Notes: generated from the sequence alone by a model not told the origin. 64,000 nucleotides of DNA from an uncultured Candidatus Saccharibacteria bacterium (GCA_964423445.1 CAYREQ010000002.1:60641-124640), one strand, 5' to 3'; positions 21,207 to 29,935 are shown, counted from the stretch's first letter. Numbers and translations are program-made.

Positions 21207-22046
21207 ATGAAAAAAAGAAAAATTCTCGCAAATGGTAAATTTTTTCTAAATAGAAAGTTGAAGATTTTTTTTGCTATATTTATCTTTACAGTAGGTATAG
21301 TATTTTACTCTGTTTTTCATTTTGGTTTTACCCCAGATTTACTTACAAAGTTATCTTTTTATGTTAACTTGGCAAATCCTTATGTAAAAATAGTGAGAGT
21401 AGAAGAAGGCCTACGCAAAGAACAAATAGCAGAAATAGTGGGTGAGAAGCTTGGCTGGGATGAAAAAGAAAAGAGTGAGTTTATAAATGCTCACCTAGCT
21501 TTGAATACAGAAGACCAAGAGGGTAGGTATTTCCCAAAAACTTATTTGATAGATAAAGATAGCAATCCTATCGAAGTCAGCAATACGATGTTTGAAGAGT
21601 TTTCTAAGCAGACAGAAAAAATAAAAAAGCCAAAATCTAAAGATATAATAAATGAAGATGCTGTGGTGACTATCGCTTCTATAATCCAGCGAGAATCAAA
21701 TGGTAAAGATGATATGAAATTGATCTCTGGGATTATTTGGAATCGTATTTTTTTGGGCATGAAGCTACAGATGGATGCGACCTTGCAATATGCTAAAGGA
21801 AACGAAGAAGATGGCTGGTGGGGGCAGGTAAAATCTGAAGATAAAAAAATAGACTCAGATTATAATACTTATCTTCACAATGGCTTTCCTCCAGGAGCGA
21901 TAGCAAACCCAGGACTCGCAGCAATGGAGGCTGCTTATAACCCCCAAAAGACAGATTGTATATTTTATCTACATGATAGGAAAAGTAAGATTCATTGTGC
22001 CAAAACATACGAAGAACACAAGAGGAATATAGAGAGATATTATTAG
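21207..22046 (+). CDS. mltG: Endolytic murein transglycosylase MltG (YceG family)
   Basis: N-terminal TM helix. Conserved YceG blocks (ASIIQRESNGKDDMKLISGIIWNRI, MKLQMDATLQYA, YNTYLHNGFPPGAIANPGL). Confidence 0.85.
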   Translation: MKKRKILANGKFFLNRKLKIFFAIFIFTVGIVFYSVFHFGFTPDLLTKLSFYVNLANPYVKIVRVEEGLRKEQIAEIVGEKLGWDEKEKSEFINAHLALNTEDQEGRYFPKTYLIDKDSNPIEVSNTMFEEFSKQTEKIKKPKSKDIINEDAVVTIASIIQRESNGKDDMKLISGIIWNRIFLGMKLQMDATLQYAKGNEEDGWWGQVKSEDKKIDSDYNTYLHNGFPPGAIANPGLAAMEAAYNPQKTDCIFYLHDRKSKIHCAKTYEEHKRNIERYY

Positions 22047-22087
22047 ATATTGCATTTTTGCTAGAATACTATAAAATGGTTTTATCT

Positions 22088-22161
22088 GGGCCCTTAGCTC
22101 ATCTGGCTAGAGCGCCTCATTTGCAATGAGGAGGTGGCAGGTTCGAGTCCTGTAGGGTCCA
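22088..22161 (+). tRNA. tRNA-Ala (anticodon UGC)
   Basis: Acceptor stem GGGCCCT/AGGGTCC with the G3:U70 identity pair. Anticodon loop TTTGCAA. Confidence 0.95.
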
Positions 22162-22199
22162 CAAGAAAAAACACTTTAGGTGTTTTTTCTTTTTTAAAT

Positions 22200-22271
22200 T
22201 CGGGAGTAGCTCAGCGGTAGAGCGGTCGCCTGTTAAGCGATTGGTCGTAGGTTCGATCCCTACCTCCCGAG
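22200..22271 (+). tRNA. tRNA-Asn (anticodon GUU)
   Basis: Acceptor stem TCGGGAG/CTCCCGA, anticodon loop CTGTTAA, and a GGTTCGATC T-arm. Confidence 0.93.
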
Positions 22272-22275
22272 CATT

Positions 22276-22443
22276 GTGAAAAAAATATTTATAGTTTTTA
22301 TAATCCTAGCCTTTATAGTACCTTCTGTATCTTTTGCTCACCCTGGAAGGACTGATAAAAGAGGAGGACATACTTGTCGCACAAATTGTCCCAAATGGGG
22401 TCTTCGATATGGTCAATACCATTTTCACTACAAAAAAAGATAA
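22276..22443 (+). CDS. Small (55 aa) secreted Cys-containing peptide, YHYH-motif-like. Not in the ORF track (GTG start, under 60 aa)
   Basis: GTG-initiated ORF VKKIFIVFIILAFIVPSVSFAHPGRTDKRGGHTCRTNCPKWGLRYGQYHFHYKKR. It has a signal peptide plus a GGH...YHFH pattern, as in the YHYH protein family. Confidence 0.3.
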   Translation: MKKIFIVFIILAFIVPSVSFAHPGRTDKRGGHTCRTNCPKWGLRYGQYHFHYKKR

Positions 22444-22498
22444 TCTATGAGTTCAAAAATAAACAAATATTTAATTATAAATTTTAATAAAAAATAAT

Positions 22499-22879
22499 AT
22501 GAAAATAGATAGTGGAAAATATGTAGATGGGTTTGTAATACCAATAAAAAAGAAAGATTTAAAAGCATACAAAAAAATGGCAATATGGGGAGCCGAGATG
22601 TGGAAAAAGAATGGAGCTTTGGAATACTTTGAGTGTGTAGGGGATGATATAAAAGTTAAAAAAGGAATGCCACAAAAAGGCTTTATCAAGCTTGCAGGGC
22701 TTAAACCAGACGAGACTGTGGTGTTTTCTTGGATTGTATTTAAATCTCGCAAGCACAGAGACGAAGTCAATAAAAAAGTAATGAATGACCCAAGTATGAA
22801 AGATTTTGACCCTTCTACTATGCCAGTAGACATGAAGCGTTTTGTGACCGGAGGATTCAAGCCAATAGTAGAGGCTTAA
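22499..22879 (+). CDS. DUF1428-family protein
   Basis: About 126 aa. YVDGFVIPIKKKDLKAYKKMA...ALEYFECVGDD matches the DUF1428 core. Confidence 0.6.
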   Translation: MKIDSGKYVDGFVIPIKKKDLKAYKKMAIWGAEMWKKNGALEYFECVGDDIKVKKGMPQKGFIKLAGLKPDETVVFSWIVFKSRKHRDEVNKKVMNDPSMKDFDPSTMPVDMKRFVTGGFKPIVEA

Positions 22880-22887
22880 ATATAATA

Positions 22888-22920
22888 AAAAAAATCACCT
22901 TAGAAATAAGGTGATTTTTT
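22888..22920. terminator. Bidirectional intrinsic terminator
   Basis: aaaaatcacctta-gaaa-taaggtgatttttt lies between convergent genes. Confidence 0.65.
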
Positions 22921-22933
22921 CTTTGAGATGTAA

Positions 22934-23443
22934 TTATTTTACAACTACCACAGAAGCAAATATTTCTTTTGTAGGTCCACCCTCAGTTTCAATTGCAGAG
23001 ATTTTTATATCAGTCGTACCTGTATTTTCTGCTAAGAAATTCCATTCTCTAGTACCCGCATTGTTTGGTATAGTAGATGGTTTTAATCCACGGCTTTCCA
23101 ATACTAGTGAAGATTCAGCATAAGTCATTGAGATAGAAAAATATCCTCCTGTGCGCTCTGGTATGCTGACTGTAAATTTATCTCCTTTGTTAAAAGTAAA
23201 TGTCTTGCCATTATCTTTTTCGGTAATTTTGTTAGTATTTTTTTGTTCAATTTTTGGAGTAACTACTGGTTTATTTTCTGTTGTCTCTTTTGGGGTAGTA
23301 GGAATTTCCAAATTATTTTGTTCTGCGACTGGAGATGATTCCTCAACCTTTGGAGACAATGCTTTATTTTTATTAAATACAAAAACTACAATACCAATGA
23401 TTACTAATAAAACTACTAAGATATAAATTTTGTGTTTTTCCAT
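22934..23443 (-). CDS. Secreted chagasin-type cysteine-protease inhibitor (MEROPS I42-like)
   Basis: Signal anchor, a Thr/Pro/Lys-rich linker, then an Ig-like domain carrying chagasin-like loops (ERTGGYFSI; GTREWNFLAENTGTTDI). Confidence 0.5.
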   Translation of the reverse strand: MEKHKIYILVVLLVIIGIVVFVFNKNKALSPKVEESSPVAEQNNLEIPTTPKETTENKPVVTPKIEQKNTNKITEKDNGKTFTFNKGDKFTVSIPERTGGYFSISMTYAESSLVLESRGLKPSTIPNNAGTREWNFLAENTGTTDIKISAIETEGGPTKEIFASVVVVK

Positions 23444-23518
23444 ACTGGCATTATATCATAATTAAAAATATGCAAAACACAGTAAATTATTTGCATTTTT
23501 GGTTGCAGGGAGTATTAT

Positions 23519-24415
23519 GTGTTTATGACGTATTTTACTAAGAAAAATTTAATAGAAGGGCTTTTTATAGGGTTTTTGGTTGTTTTTAGCTTTAGTATTT
23601 TTACAAATAAGGCAGATGCTCAGTATATTTATTCGACAAATACCCCGAATAATCCTTCCAGTTATGCATATTATAGGCAAATATGTCCTGCAGACTATAC
23701 TCTCACAGTCTATAATACCAATCAGTATATGTGCTACAAGATTTTTGGTGGTGGTCAAGTACTTGGGGCGTCTACGACAAACTATAACTATAATTCAATA
23801 TCATCACCTAGCTTTATAGCAGGATGTTTACCAGGATATATGTACTCTGAATTAACCGGACAGAGATGTGATGGTAATTATTATTACAACGGTAATTTAA
23901 ATGGCGGTGAAGGTGATATATCAAAGTTTGATGTCAGAGATGGGAATGATATCAATCCACAAGAGGGTGATAATGATGCAGAGATTATAGAAGTAAGATT
24001 TGATGCAGATAATAGTGATATTAGACTAGATAGAATAGAGTTTGATTTTGAATTTACTGGCAATAGCAATGGGGAAGATATACCATGGAATGTTTTTGAT
24101 CAAATTAGACTTTTATCAGACGGGGACGAGATAGCACAGATGGATAGTGACAGCAGGAGCGATTGGGATAAAGAAGATGATGATACTTATAGTATAGTTT
24201 TTTCTGGTTTAAATGAAATAATAAGAGAAAATGATAGAGCAAATCTAACCTTAGAAGTCGATATAAATTCAGATATCACTGTATTAAATAACAATGATAC
24301 TTCTTGGGATATATATATTCCTGATGATGGACTAAGGGCTCGTGATGGAAATGGAAATGCTATCTATGCTGGAAATGACTCTGATAGTGTATCAATAAAC
24401 ATTGAAGAAAATTAA
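23519..24415 (+). CDS. Hypothetical secreted protein, Cys/Tyr-rich N-terminal half and Asp/Asn-rich acidic C-terminal half
   Basis: Signal peptide. 6 Cys in the first 120 residues, then DxDxD-rich segments that look like calcium-binding sites. No family recognised. Confidence 0.4.
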   Translation: MFMTYFTKKNLIEGLFIGFLVVFSFSIFTNKADAQYIYSTNTPNNPSSYAYYRQICPADYTLTVYNTNQYMCYKIFGGGQVLGASTTNYNYNSISSPSFIAGCLPGYMYSELTGQRCDGNYYYNGNLNGGEGDISKFDVRDGNDINPQEGDNDAEIIEVRFDADNSDIRLDRIEFDFEFTGNSNGEDIPWNVFDQIRLLSDGDEIAQMDSDSRSDWDKEDDDTYSIVFSGLNEIIRENDRANLTLEVDINSDITVLNNNDTSWDIYIPDDGLRARDGNGNAIYAGNDSDSVSINIEEN

Positions 24416-24523
24416 TCTATAAAATACAATGAGTTAAATTGACAAGTAGCATAAATTATGTTACGAATATTTTGTAGTAAGTTCTTCAACAACAATTCAA
24501 CAAATTTCCTTTGGAGGTAAAAG

Positions 24524-25279
24524 GTGAAAAAACTAGTTTTATTTTTGGTTTTTTTCTTGGCGTTCACAGTGAGTGCACAAGAGGAGACTACGGAAGAATC
24601 GAAGACAAACATATCAGGAACGATAGGTTTCTCTTCCATGTACCATGATTTTGAGGTCGGCGGAGATACTTTCCGCGGCTTCGTGCAAAACAATTCCTTT
24701 ACTGTCGAGCGTAGACTTAACAAAAAAGTCAGCGTTTACGCGGACTTTTGGGGGCAGTATGCCCTCGCGAAACGGCATCCAAATGAAGCCGAAGAGTTTT
24801 ACTTCGGTGGTGGTGTCGTTTACAATCCGCGACCGACGACGACGATTGATTTCTACGCCGGAAACTCAAAGCTCAACGAGCACATCAATTTACAAATGTT
24901 CGGCGTCACTGTCGAACAAGAGACGAAGGTGGGCAAGGTGCCGTTGAAGTTTTCGAACAACTTCATCGCCTTTAAATCGTCCAGACCCCACGAATTAAAC
25001 GGGGGCGTGGTAGACAAGATGAACGTATCGAGTTTCGTTGAGCTACCAAAGAAAATCAAACTCACAGGGGAAGCCGGCATCGGTTTCGACAACGGACCCC
25101 TCGGGTTTGAAGGCCCCGCCACGCTTCTTTTTTTCGAAGGGGAAGTCGAGCGGGAGATAAATAAAAATTGGAGTGCTTTTTTCACTCTTCGTCACACCCG
25201 GCCGATAGCTGGAGAGACGCTCCGAGGGCCGATTACATCGGCATCTTTTGGAATCAAGTTCAACTTCGATTTCAAATAA
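24524..25279 (+). CDS. Exported beta-strand-rich protein, outer-membrane beta-barrel-like, encoded in a GC-rich island
   Basis: GTG start with a GGAGGT RBS. Signal peptide MKKLVLFLVFFLAFTVSAQEE. Alternating hydrophobic patterns and an aromatic-rich C-terminus (FGIKFNFDFK). GC is about 50%, against about 34% genome-wide. Confidence 0.5.
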   Translation: MKKLVLFLVFFLAFTVSAQEETTEESKTNISGTIGFSSMYHDFEVGGDTFRGFVQNNSFTVERRLNKKVSVYADFWGQYALAKRHPNEAEEFYFGGGVVYNPRPTTTIDFYAGNSKLNEHINLQMFGVTVEQETKVGKVPLKFSNNFIAFKSSRPHELNGGVVDKMNVSSFVELPKKIKLTGEAGIGFDNGPLGFEGPATLLFFEGEVEREINKNWSAFFTLRHTRPIAGETLRGPITSASFGIKFNFDFK

Positions 25280-25280
25280 C

Positions 25281-25322
25281 CGCCTACCAGAAAACCGAAT
25301 GCGTTTTCTCGTAGGCGGTTTT
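25281..25322 (+). terminator. GC-rich intrinsic terminator
   Basis: CCGCCTAC...GTAGGCGG stem followed by a T-tract. Confidence 0.6.
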
Positions 25323-25382
25323 CTTTTTATATTAGTAGACTTTAATTTTTTTAGGTATATAGTCATAGAGGAGGTGACTATT

Positions 25383-25886
25383 ATGTCATTGTTGTTATTT
25401 AAAAATTTGGCGAAATACGTCGCCAAAAGTATCGTTTTAGCTATCATGATTACCTTTGTGGTCAGTATAGCTAATGGGCAAAAAAAACAGCGTCCTAAAA
25501 AAAATGTATCTAAAAAGACCGCGATGGTGAGAGTTCACAAAAAAATTCGGCGCCCAGAGCCGAAAAGGTATATCTCACCTGTCTTACCAAAAATTTTGGT
25601 ACCGTCGGAACCCTTACACAGGGAATTACATTACACTGAGGAAAGCTGGACCGACGCGATGGCGTCGAAATTCATAATCGTTTCTTTTAGGCCAAATGGT
25701 GGAATATTGTCGTATCGTGTCATGCATGATGCCACTGAAGAACTTTTTTCCATCAAGGTCGATTCGGAAACAGCTTATCTTGTTCCTGTAAAGGAAAAGA
25801 ATGGCGACCTAGAAGGGTGCTTTATGATGGCGTACTGCAAAGTACACAACACGGCACTAATCCTTTCACAAGTTCAATGTTTCTAA
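25383..25886 (+). CDS. Hypothetical exported protein in the GC-rich island
   Basis: Strong GAGGAGGTG RBS 7 nt upstream of the ATG. Signal peptide, a basic linker and a Cys-containing C-terminal domain. The track ORF's upstream extension (25248) is unlikely to be real. Confidence 0.4.
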   Translation: MSLLLFKNLAKYVAKSIVLAIMITFVVSIANGQKKQRPKKNVSKKTAMVRVHKKIRRPEPKRYISPVLPKILVPSEPLHRELHYTEESWTDAMASKFIIVSFRPNGGILSYRVMHDATEELFSIKVDSETAYLVPVKEKNGDLEGCFMMAYCKVHNTALILSQVQCF

Positions 25887-25908
25887 TATAAAGGTATTTT
25901 TTATTCAA

Positions 25909-25935
25909 GCGCCGAGTAATCTCGGCGCAATTTTT
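25909..25935. terminator. GC-rich bidirectional terminator hairpin
   Basis: gcgccgag-taat-ctcggcgc plus a T-tract, between convergent genes. Confidence 0.6.
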
Positions 25936-25947
25936 AATTTATCAAGT

Positions 25948-27513
25948 CTAAGCAAAACCAGGGAAGAAGTCTATCTTTATATTTCTTTTAGGTATACCGA
26001 TAGATTTTAAAGTCTTTTCAAAAGCATTAACCATACCATGTGGACCTGATATATAAAACATTTTATTCATATAATTTGGGACTTCTTTTTTGATAACATC
26101 AGCATCTATAAATCCACCGTACATAGAATCTCCAGCTACGGGCTCACCTTTATCTGTGATAGCATACACGGTTTTTATTCCGAGCTTCTTTTCTGCTTCA
26201 TCAAAAATTTCTTTATAAGATATATCAGTTACTTTTTTATTTGAGTACAACAGGGTGATATTTCTTTTTTCATTTGTGTCTATCAAATATTTAATCATGC
26301 TCCTAAAAGGAGTAATTCCTATACCACCCGCAATAAAGACCAATTCTTTTTGGTGATTTTTGGGTAATACGAAATCACCAGATCTCTGCCCAGCCACTAT
26401 CTCATCACCTATTTGTAGTGCCAATAATTTGTTTTTAAAACTACTAGGCTCAGGATAAAATTTTACTCCCAAATGTATCTCTTTTTCTGTGGGAGAAGAG
26501 GCGATAGTGAAATATCTTCTATTTCCACGAGTATCTGGGCTCCTGTGTTTTAGTGTCCATTCCATATATTGTCCTGGTTTAAAATTTATTTTTTCATTAT
26601 TTTCAAAAATAAAATCAAATGTATCTGTACCTACTTCTATACGTTTTTTTAATTTCAAGAAAAGCTTTTCTTTTGGGCTGACTATATACGCAAAGATATT
26701 TCCTATAACCAAAGCCAATTCTGGAGTCGAATAAAATCCTCCTATATGCAAAGCAGGTGTAAATAAAAATCCCACCAAGATACCAAAAGAAATTCGGAGC
26801 CATTTTGTAGTAGGTGAGGTGAGTGGTTCTGTCAGCATTACAAAAGCAAAGAAAAAGAAAGCAGAATTTTTTAAGGTTATCAAGAGAGTATTTAAAATAT
26901 TTGATGAATCTGAACCTTTAAAAAATGCCAAGACGGCTATGCTGAATAAAGCAGATATGAAAAAGCTCACAAATAATTCTACATGACGTATTTTTCTAAT
27001 TATCAATACTCCACCCAATATAACGATAGGAAGCATAGCAGGCGTACCTATCCACCAGCTAGCTGAATAATTTATAGCTAAAGATACGATGACTACAGCG
27101 ATAGCGACTGGATTAAAGATATGCTTTCTATTTATTGCAAATATGTATTTTGAAGCTACACCCCAGATACTGGCCCATAATGCTAGGGGCAAAAATTGTG
27201 AGTATGTCCCGCCTTCAATTGGGGTAATTATAAAAAATAGTATTAGAGCTGTGATGTATATAGATTCTACATTTGTCGGAGCTTTATATACATAAGAAAA
27301 AACAATGTGAGAAATATATGATACTACCAGTATAAACAATAGAGATATGGTTAAGTCTACAGGTGTGTAAGGTAGTAGTTTGAAAAACGATAATACCAAT
27401 GCTGACGCAAAAAAGAAACACAATACATATAGCACCACGCGGTACATAGTAGTCTTATTTAAAAAGTTGTCTATAAAATTAAGCATAAATTTTTTCTTTT
27501 GTATATTCATCAA
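25948..27513 (-). CDS. Polytopic membrane flavoprotein oxidoreductase: N-terminal multi-TM domain fused to a ferredoxin-NADP-reductase-like FAD/NAD(P)-binding module
   Basis: About 8 predicted TM helices in the first 290 aa. Then the FNR-family RxY(S/T) FAD motif (GNRRYFTIASSP) and a GGxGxxP NAD(P) motif (FIAGGIGITPF). Confidence 0.6.
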   Translation of the reverse strand: MMNIQKKKFMLNFIDNFLNKTTMYRVVLYVLCFFFASALVLSFFKLLPYTPVDLTISLLFILVVSYISHIVFSYVYKAPTNVESIYITALILFFIITPIEGGTYSQFLPLALWASIWGVASKYIFAINRKHIFNPVAIAVVIVSLAINYSASWWIGTPAMLPIVILGGVLIIRKIRHVELFVSFFISALFSIAVLAFFKGSDSSNILNTLLITLKNSAFFFFAFVMLTEPLTSPTTKWLRISFGILVGFLFTPALHIGGFYSTPELALVIGNIFAYIVSPKEKLFLKLKKRIEVGTDTFDFIFENNEKINFKPGQYMEWTLKHRSPDTRGNRRYFTIASSPTEKEIHLGVKFYPEPSSFKNKLLALQIGDEIVAGQRSGDFVLPKNHQKELVFIAGGIGITPFRSMIKYLIDTNEKRNITLLYSNKKVTDISYKEIFDEAEKKLGIKTVYAITDKGEPVAGDSMYGGFIDADVIKKEVPNYMNKMFYISGPHGMVNAFEKTLKSIGIPKRNIKIDFFPGFA

Positions 27514-28240
27514 AACCAGTAGTCATAGTAGCGATACCATTTTTATCTATAGAGTATGCTTCAAAACCCGGTAGCTCTTCTATGAAGTATATTCCATTTT
27601 TACCCATAGCAAAAGCAGCGGTCGCATACCTATCTGCTTCAAAAATATTTGGACCAATTACTGTGATACTAGTCACGTCTTCTATTTTCTCTGTCTTGTT
27701 TTTTGGGTTGTAGATATGATCTCCTCGTACGTAGTTTCCTGAGGTGGCTATTCCTTTATTATCAAGGTAAACTTTTTTTATTATCTCTCTTTTTTTATTA
27801 AATGGATTTTGAATACCGACGCACCATGATTTTCCTTGTTCATTTTTGCCAAAAGTTTCAGTGTCTCCTCCAGCTTCTACGTAGAAATTTTTTACACCTC
27901 TATCTTTTAAGATTTTACCTGCATTAAATATAGACCAGCCTTTGACTATGCCCGAAGGGTCTATTTCTCCACCCGGAGTTACAATGTCAAAATATCCATC
28001 TGTTAGATTTTTTGTCTCCTTGGCTAATTTAAAAATTTCTTTCATATCAGTACTCATATCTTTTTCCAGTATTTCTTTTCTGTTTATTTTCATTATTTCA
28101 CTATCATTTTTATAAGTACTAAATTTTTGATCTACATATTTGAAATAATTAAAAACCTCTTCAAAAAAATTTTCTTTGGCTTCAGAATCTACAATCTCTA
28201 CTATTATAGGTGTGCCCATTATGATCTCTGTCTGTTTCAT
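27479..28240 (-). CDS. apbE: FAD:protein FMN transferase (ApbE family), short form without an evident signal peptide
   Basis: ApbE-like N-terminus (IMGTPIIVEIV) and C-terminal conserved Asp/Thr-rich metal-binding region. Overlaps the downstream oxidoreductase gene and abuts the upstream FMN-binding gene. Confidence 0.65.
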   Translation of the reverse strand: MKQTEIIMGTPIIVEIVDSEAKENFFEEVFNYFKYVDQKFSTYKNDSEIMKINRKEILEKDMSTDMKEIFKLAKETKNLTDGYFDIVTPGGEIDPSGIVKGWSIFNAGKILKDRGVKNFYVEAGGDTETFGKNEQGKSWCVGIQNPFNKKREIIKKVYLDNKGIATSGNYVRGDHIYNPKNKTEKIEDVTSITVIGPNIFEADRYATAAFAMGKNGIYFIEELPGFEAYSIDKNGIATMTTGFDEYTKEKIYA

Positions 28241-28791
28241 TAAATTTTTGCTTTACTGAGTGCACCAGATAGAGACTCACGAAATGCGGCGCTAGTAAAA
28301 GATGCACCAGACACAGTATTTACATTTGCATCTTGGGCTACTATTGCCTCACTGGTTAGATAGGGCATAGCACGCTCATTTATACGCACAGAGGTCTGTC
28401 TGCCTTGTGGGTGGTCCAAGAACTGCACATCTGTTATTTTACCTCCAGAAATTACTGCTTTTACTTGGACATTGCCGTAATAGGCATCTGCTACTGGTCC
28501 TGTATAAGATCCATCTCTATACTTCCCATTGTTTATGACAGGAGGAGTGGGTGTAGTAGGAGTAGGTGTGGTTGGTTTTGTATCTCCACTTTTTGGGGTG
28601 CTAGGAGTCGTATTTGTGACAGGAGTAGAATTTTCTGTAGTTTTATTATAGGTAGGTAAGAGTAGGCTAATATCGGACTTATTATTGTTTAAAGTTGATA
28701 TTATTGGTACATCCGCTCCCAAAATTCTCACATATAGTGTGTAGGCAGAAAATACAAAAATTAAAGCCAAAGATAAGAATACTTTTTTCAT
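28240..28791 (-). CDS. Exported FMN-binding-domain protein (NqrC/RnfG-like FMN_bind), a likely flavinylation substrate
   Basis: Signal anchor, a Thr/Pro-rich linker, then an FMN_bind domain (YTGPVADAYYGNVQVKAVISGGKITDV...SGASFTSAAF). Covalent FMN is usually attached at the S/T in the D(A/G)x(S/T)GAS(F/Y) type motif. Confidence 0.65.
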   Translation of the reverse strand: MKKVFLSLALIFVFSAYTLYVRILGADVPIISTLNNNKSDISLLLPTYNKTTENSTPVTNTTPSTPKSGDTKPTTPTPTTPTPPVINNGKYRDGSYTGPVADAYYGNVQVKAVISGGKITDVQFLDHPQGRQTSVRINERAMPYLTSEAIVAQDANVNTVSGASFTSAAFRESLSGALSKAKI

Positions 28792-28834
28792 ATAGTCATT
28801 ATACTATATATTTCATGAATTTCAGATGAAATAT

Positions 28835-29935
28835 TTAGTCCTCAAATTCTATTTCATCAGAGTGAGATCTCCTAGAATTTTGTTCATCTCTACCAGAATC
28901 GTCTTCGTCTTCAAATTCTCCTTCATCTCCATGTTCAATCTCTATTTCGTGTTCTTCTATGTCATCATCATTATCAATTCCATGGTCGTCCTCTATCTCA
29001 CCCTTGATAACATTTGAAAGCATGAGTAATTTTATTGAGTTTAATTCAGTTATCACTACATTAGGTTTATTATTCTTTAGAGATTCTTCCGCTAGGGCAA
29101 ATTTTGCATCTATTTGGTTTTGGATATTTACTGATAGATTAATCTTCTCTTTTTGGTATAAAAGCTTGATTGAGTCTAGTAAATTTTTAGCTATAGTCTG
29201 ACCGTCATCTCTAAGACCTAACTCTAAATTTTTATTGTCGTCTCTAGATTTATTTTTTGAATTTTCTAATACAGCGATAAATTTTCCAGTCTCTTTTTTA
29301 TTATCATCACTTGAGTCTTCTTTTTCTATCATATTACCGAGGACACTCTGATATGCTTGCAGGGAAGCCTGCAGTCTGATACTCAAATCAGATGATTTTT
29401 CTACTTTACCTTCTTCTTTTGAAAGCTCATTTACGCTTGTGTTGAATATAGCTACTTCATTTTTTATATTTTCTTCTAGACTAGATCTTTTAGCTTCATC
29501 TAGCTTGCCGATAGATGCTAGATGATGGGCTTCTTTTAATCTTCTCTCTATTATTCTTTCTTTCCACTCAGTTTTTTCTTCTTTAGTAAATGCAAAAACG
29601 CCAGCCAGTGGCTCATTTACAGATACCTTTACTTTATATAAAAAATCCCCAGGTACAGATTTTTCTGCAAAAGCAGAAGTCCCACCTGTGATAAATACAA
29701 TACCCACCATTGCAAACGCACCTACAAATTTACTTTTATTAATCATAAAATAATTATTTTTAAAATCCTGATAATAAAAATATAGACGATTCGTATTTGA
29801 TTTTATTACAGGACTTTCGTTTTGCATACTAGGGGAAAATTCGTTTAGTATGTGATTACGCATAAATACCTTCTCATTATCACTGAGTTTTATGTTTTTC
29901 ACTGTTTTAATTATTTTTTCAAATTCTTTATCCAT
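28835..29935 (-). CDS. Putative anti-sigma factor: single-pass membrane protein with an extracytoplasmic coiled-coil domain and a polyacidic C-terminal tail
   Basis: Overlaps the ECF sigma gene by 8 nt. Cytoplasmic N-terminal segment, one TM helix (FVGAFAMVGIVFITGG), a long helical region, and a C-terminal tail of about 60 aa that is more than 60% D/E. Confidence 0.45.
   Translation of the reverse strand: MDKEFEKIIKTVKNIKLSDNEKVFMRNHILNEFSPSMQNESPVIKSNTNRLYFYYQDFKNNYFMINKSKFVGAFAMVGIVFITGGTSAFAEKSVPGDFLYKVKVSVNEPLAGVFAFTKEEKTEWKERIIERRLKEAHHLASIGKLDEAKRSSLEENIKNEVAIFNTSVNELSKEEGKVEKSSDLSIRLQASLQAYQSVLGNMIEKEDSSDDNKKETGKFIAVLENSKNKSRDDNKNLELGLRDDGQTIAKNLLDSIKLLYQKEKINLSVNIQNQIDAKFALAEESLKNNKPNVVITELNSIKLLMLSNVIKGEIEDDHGIDNDDDIEEHEIEIEHGDEGEFEDEDDSGRDEQNSRRSHSDEIEFED

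Noticed and set aside
22911-23426. + strand ORFs 22911..23123 and 23151..23426
   Set aside because: Antisense to the chagasin-like gene, which has a signal peptide and domain structure. No features of their own.
24645-25447. ORFs 24645..24947 (+), 24853..25185 (-), 25043..25447 (-) and the 25248 upstream extension of the 25383 gene
   Set aside because: Alternate frames in GC-rich DNA stay open by chance. Their products are Arg/Ser/Pro-rich nonsense. The 25383 ATG has a near-perfect GAGGAGG RBS.
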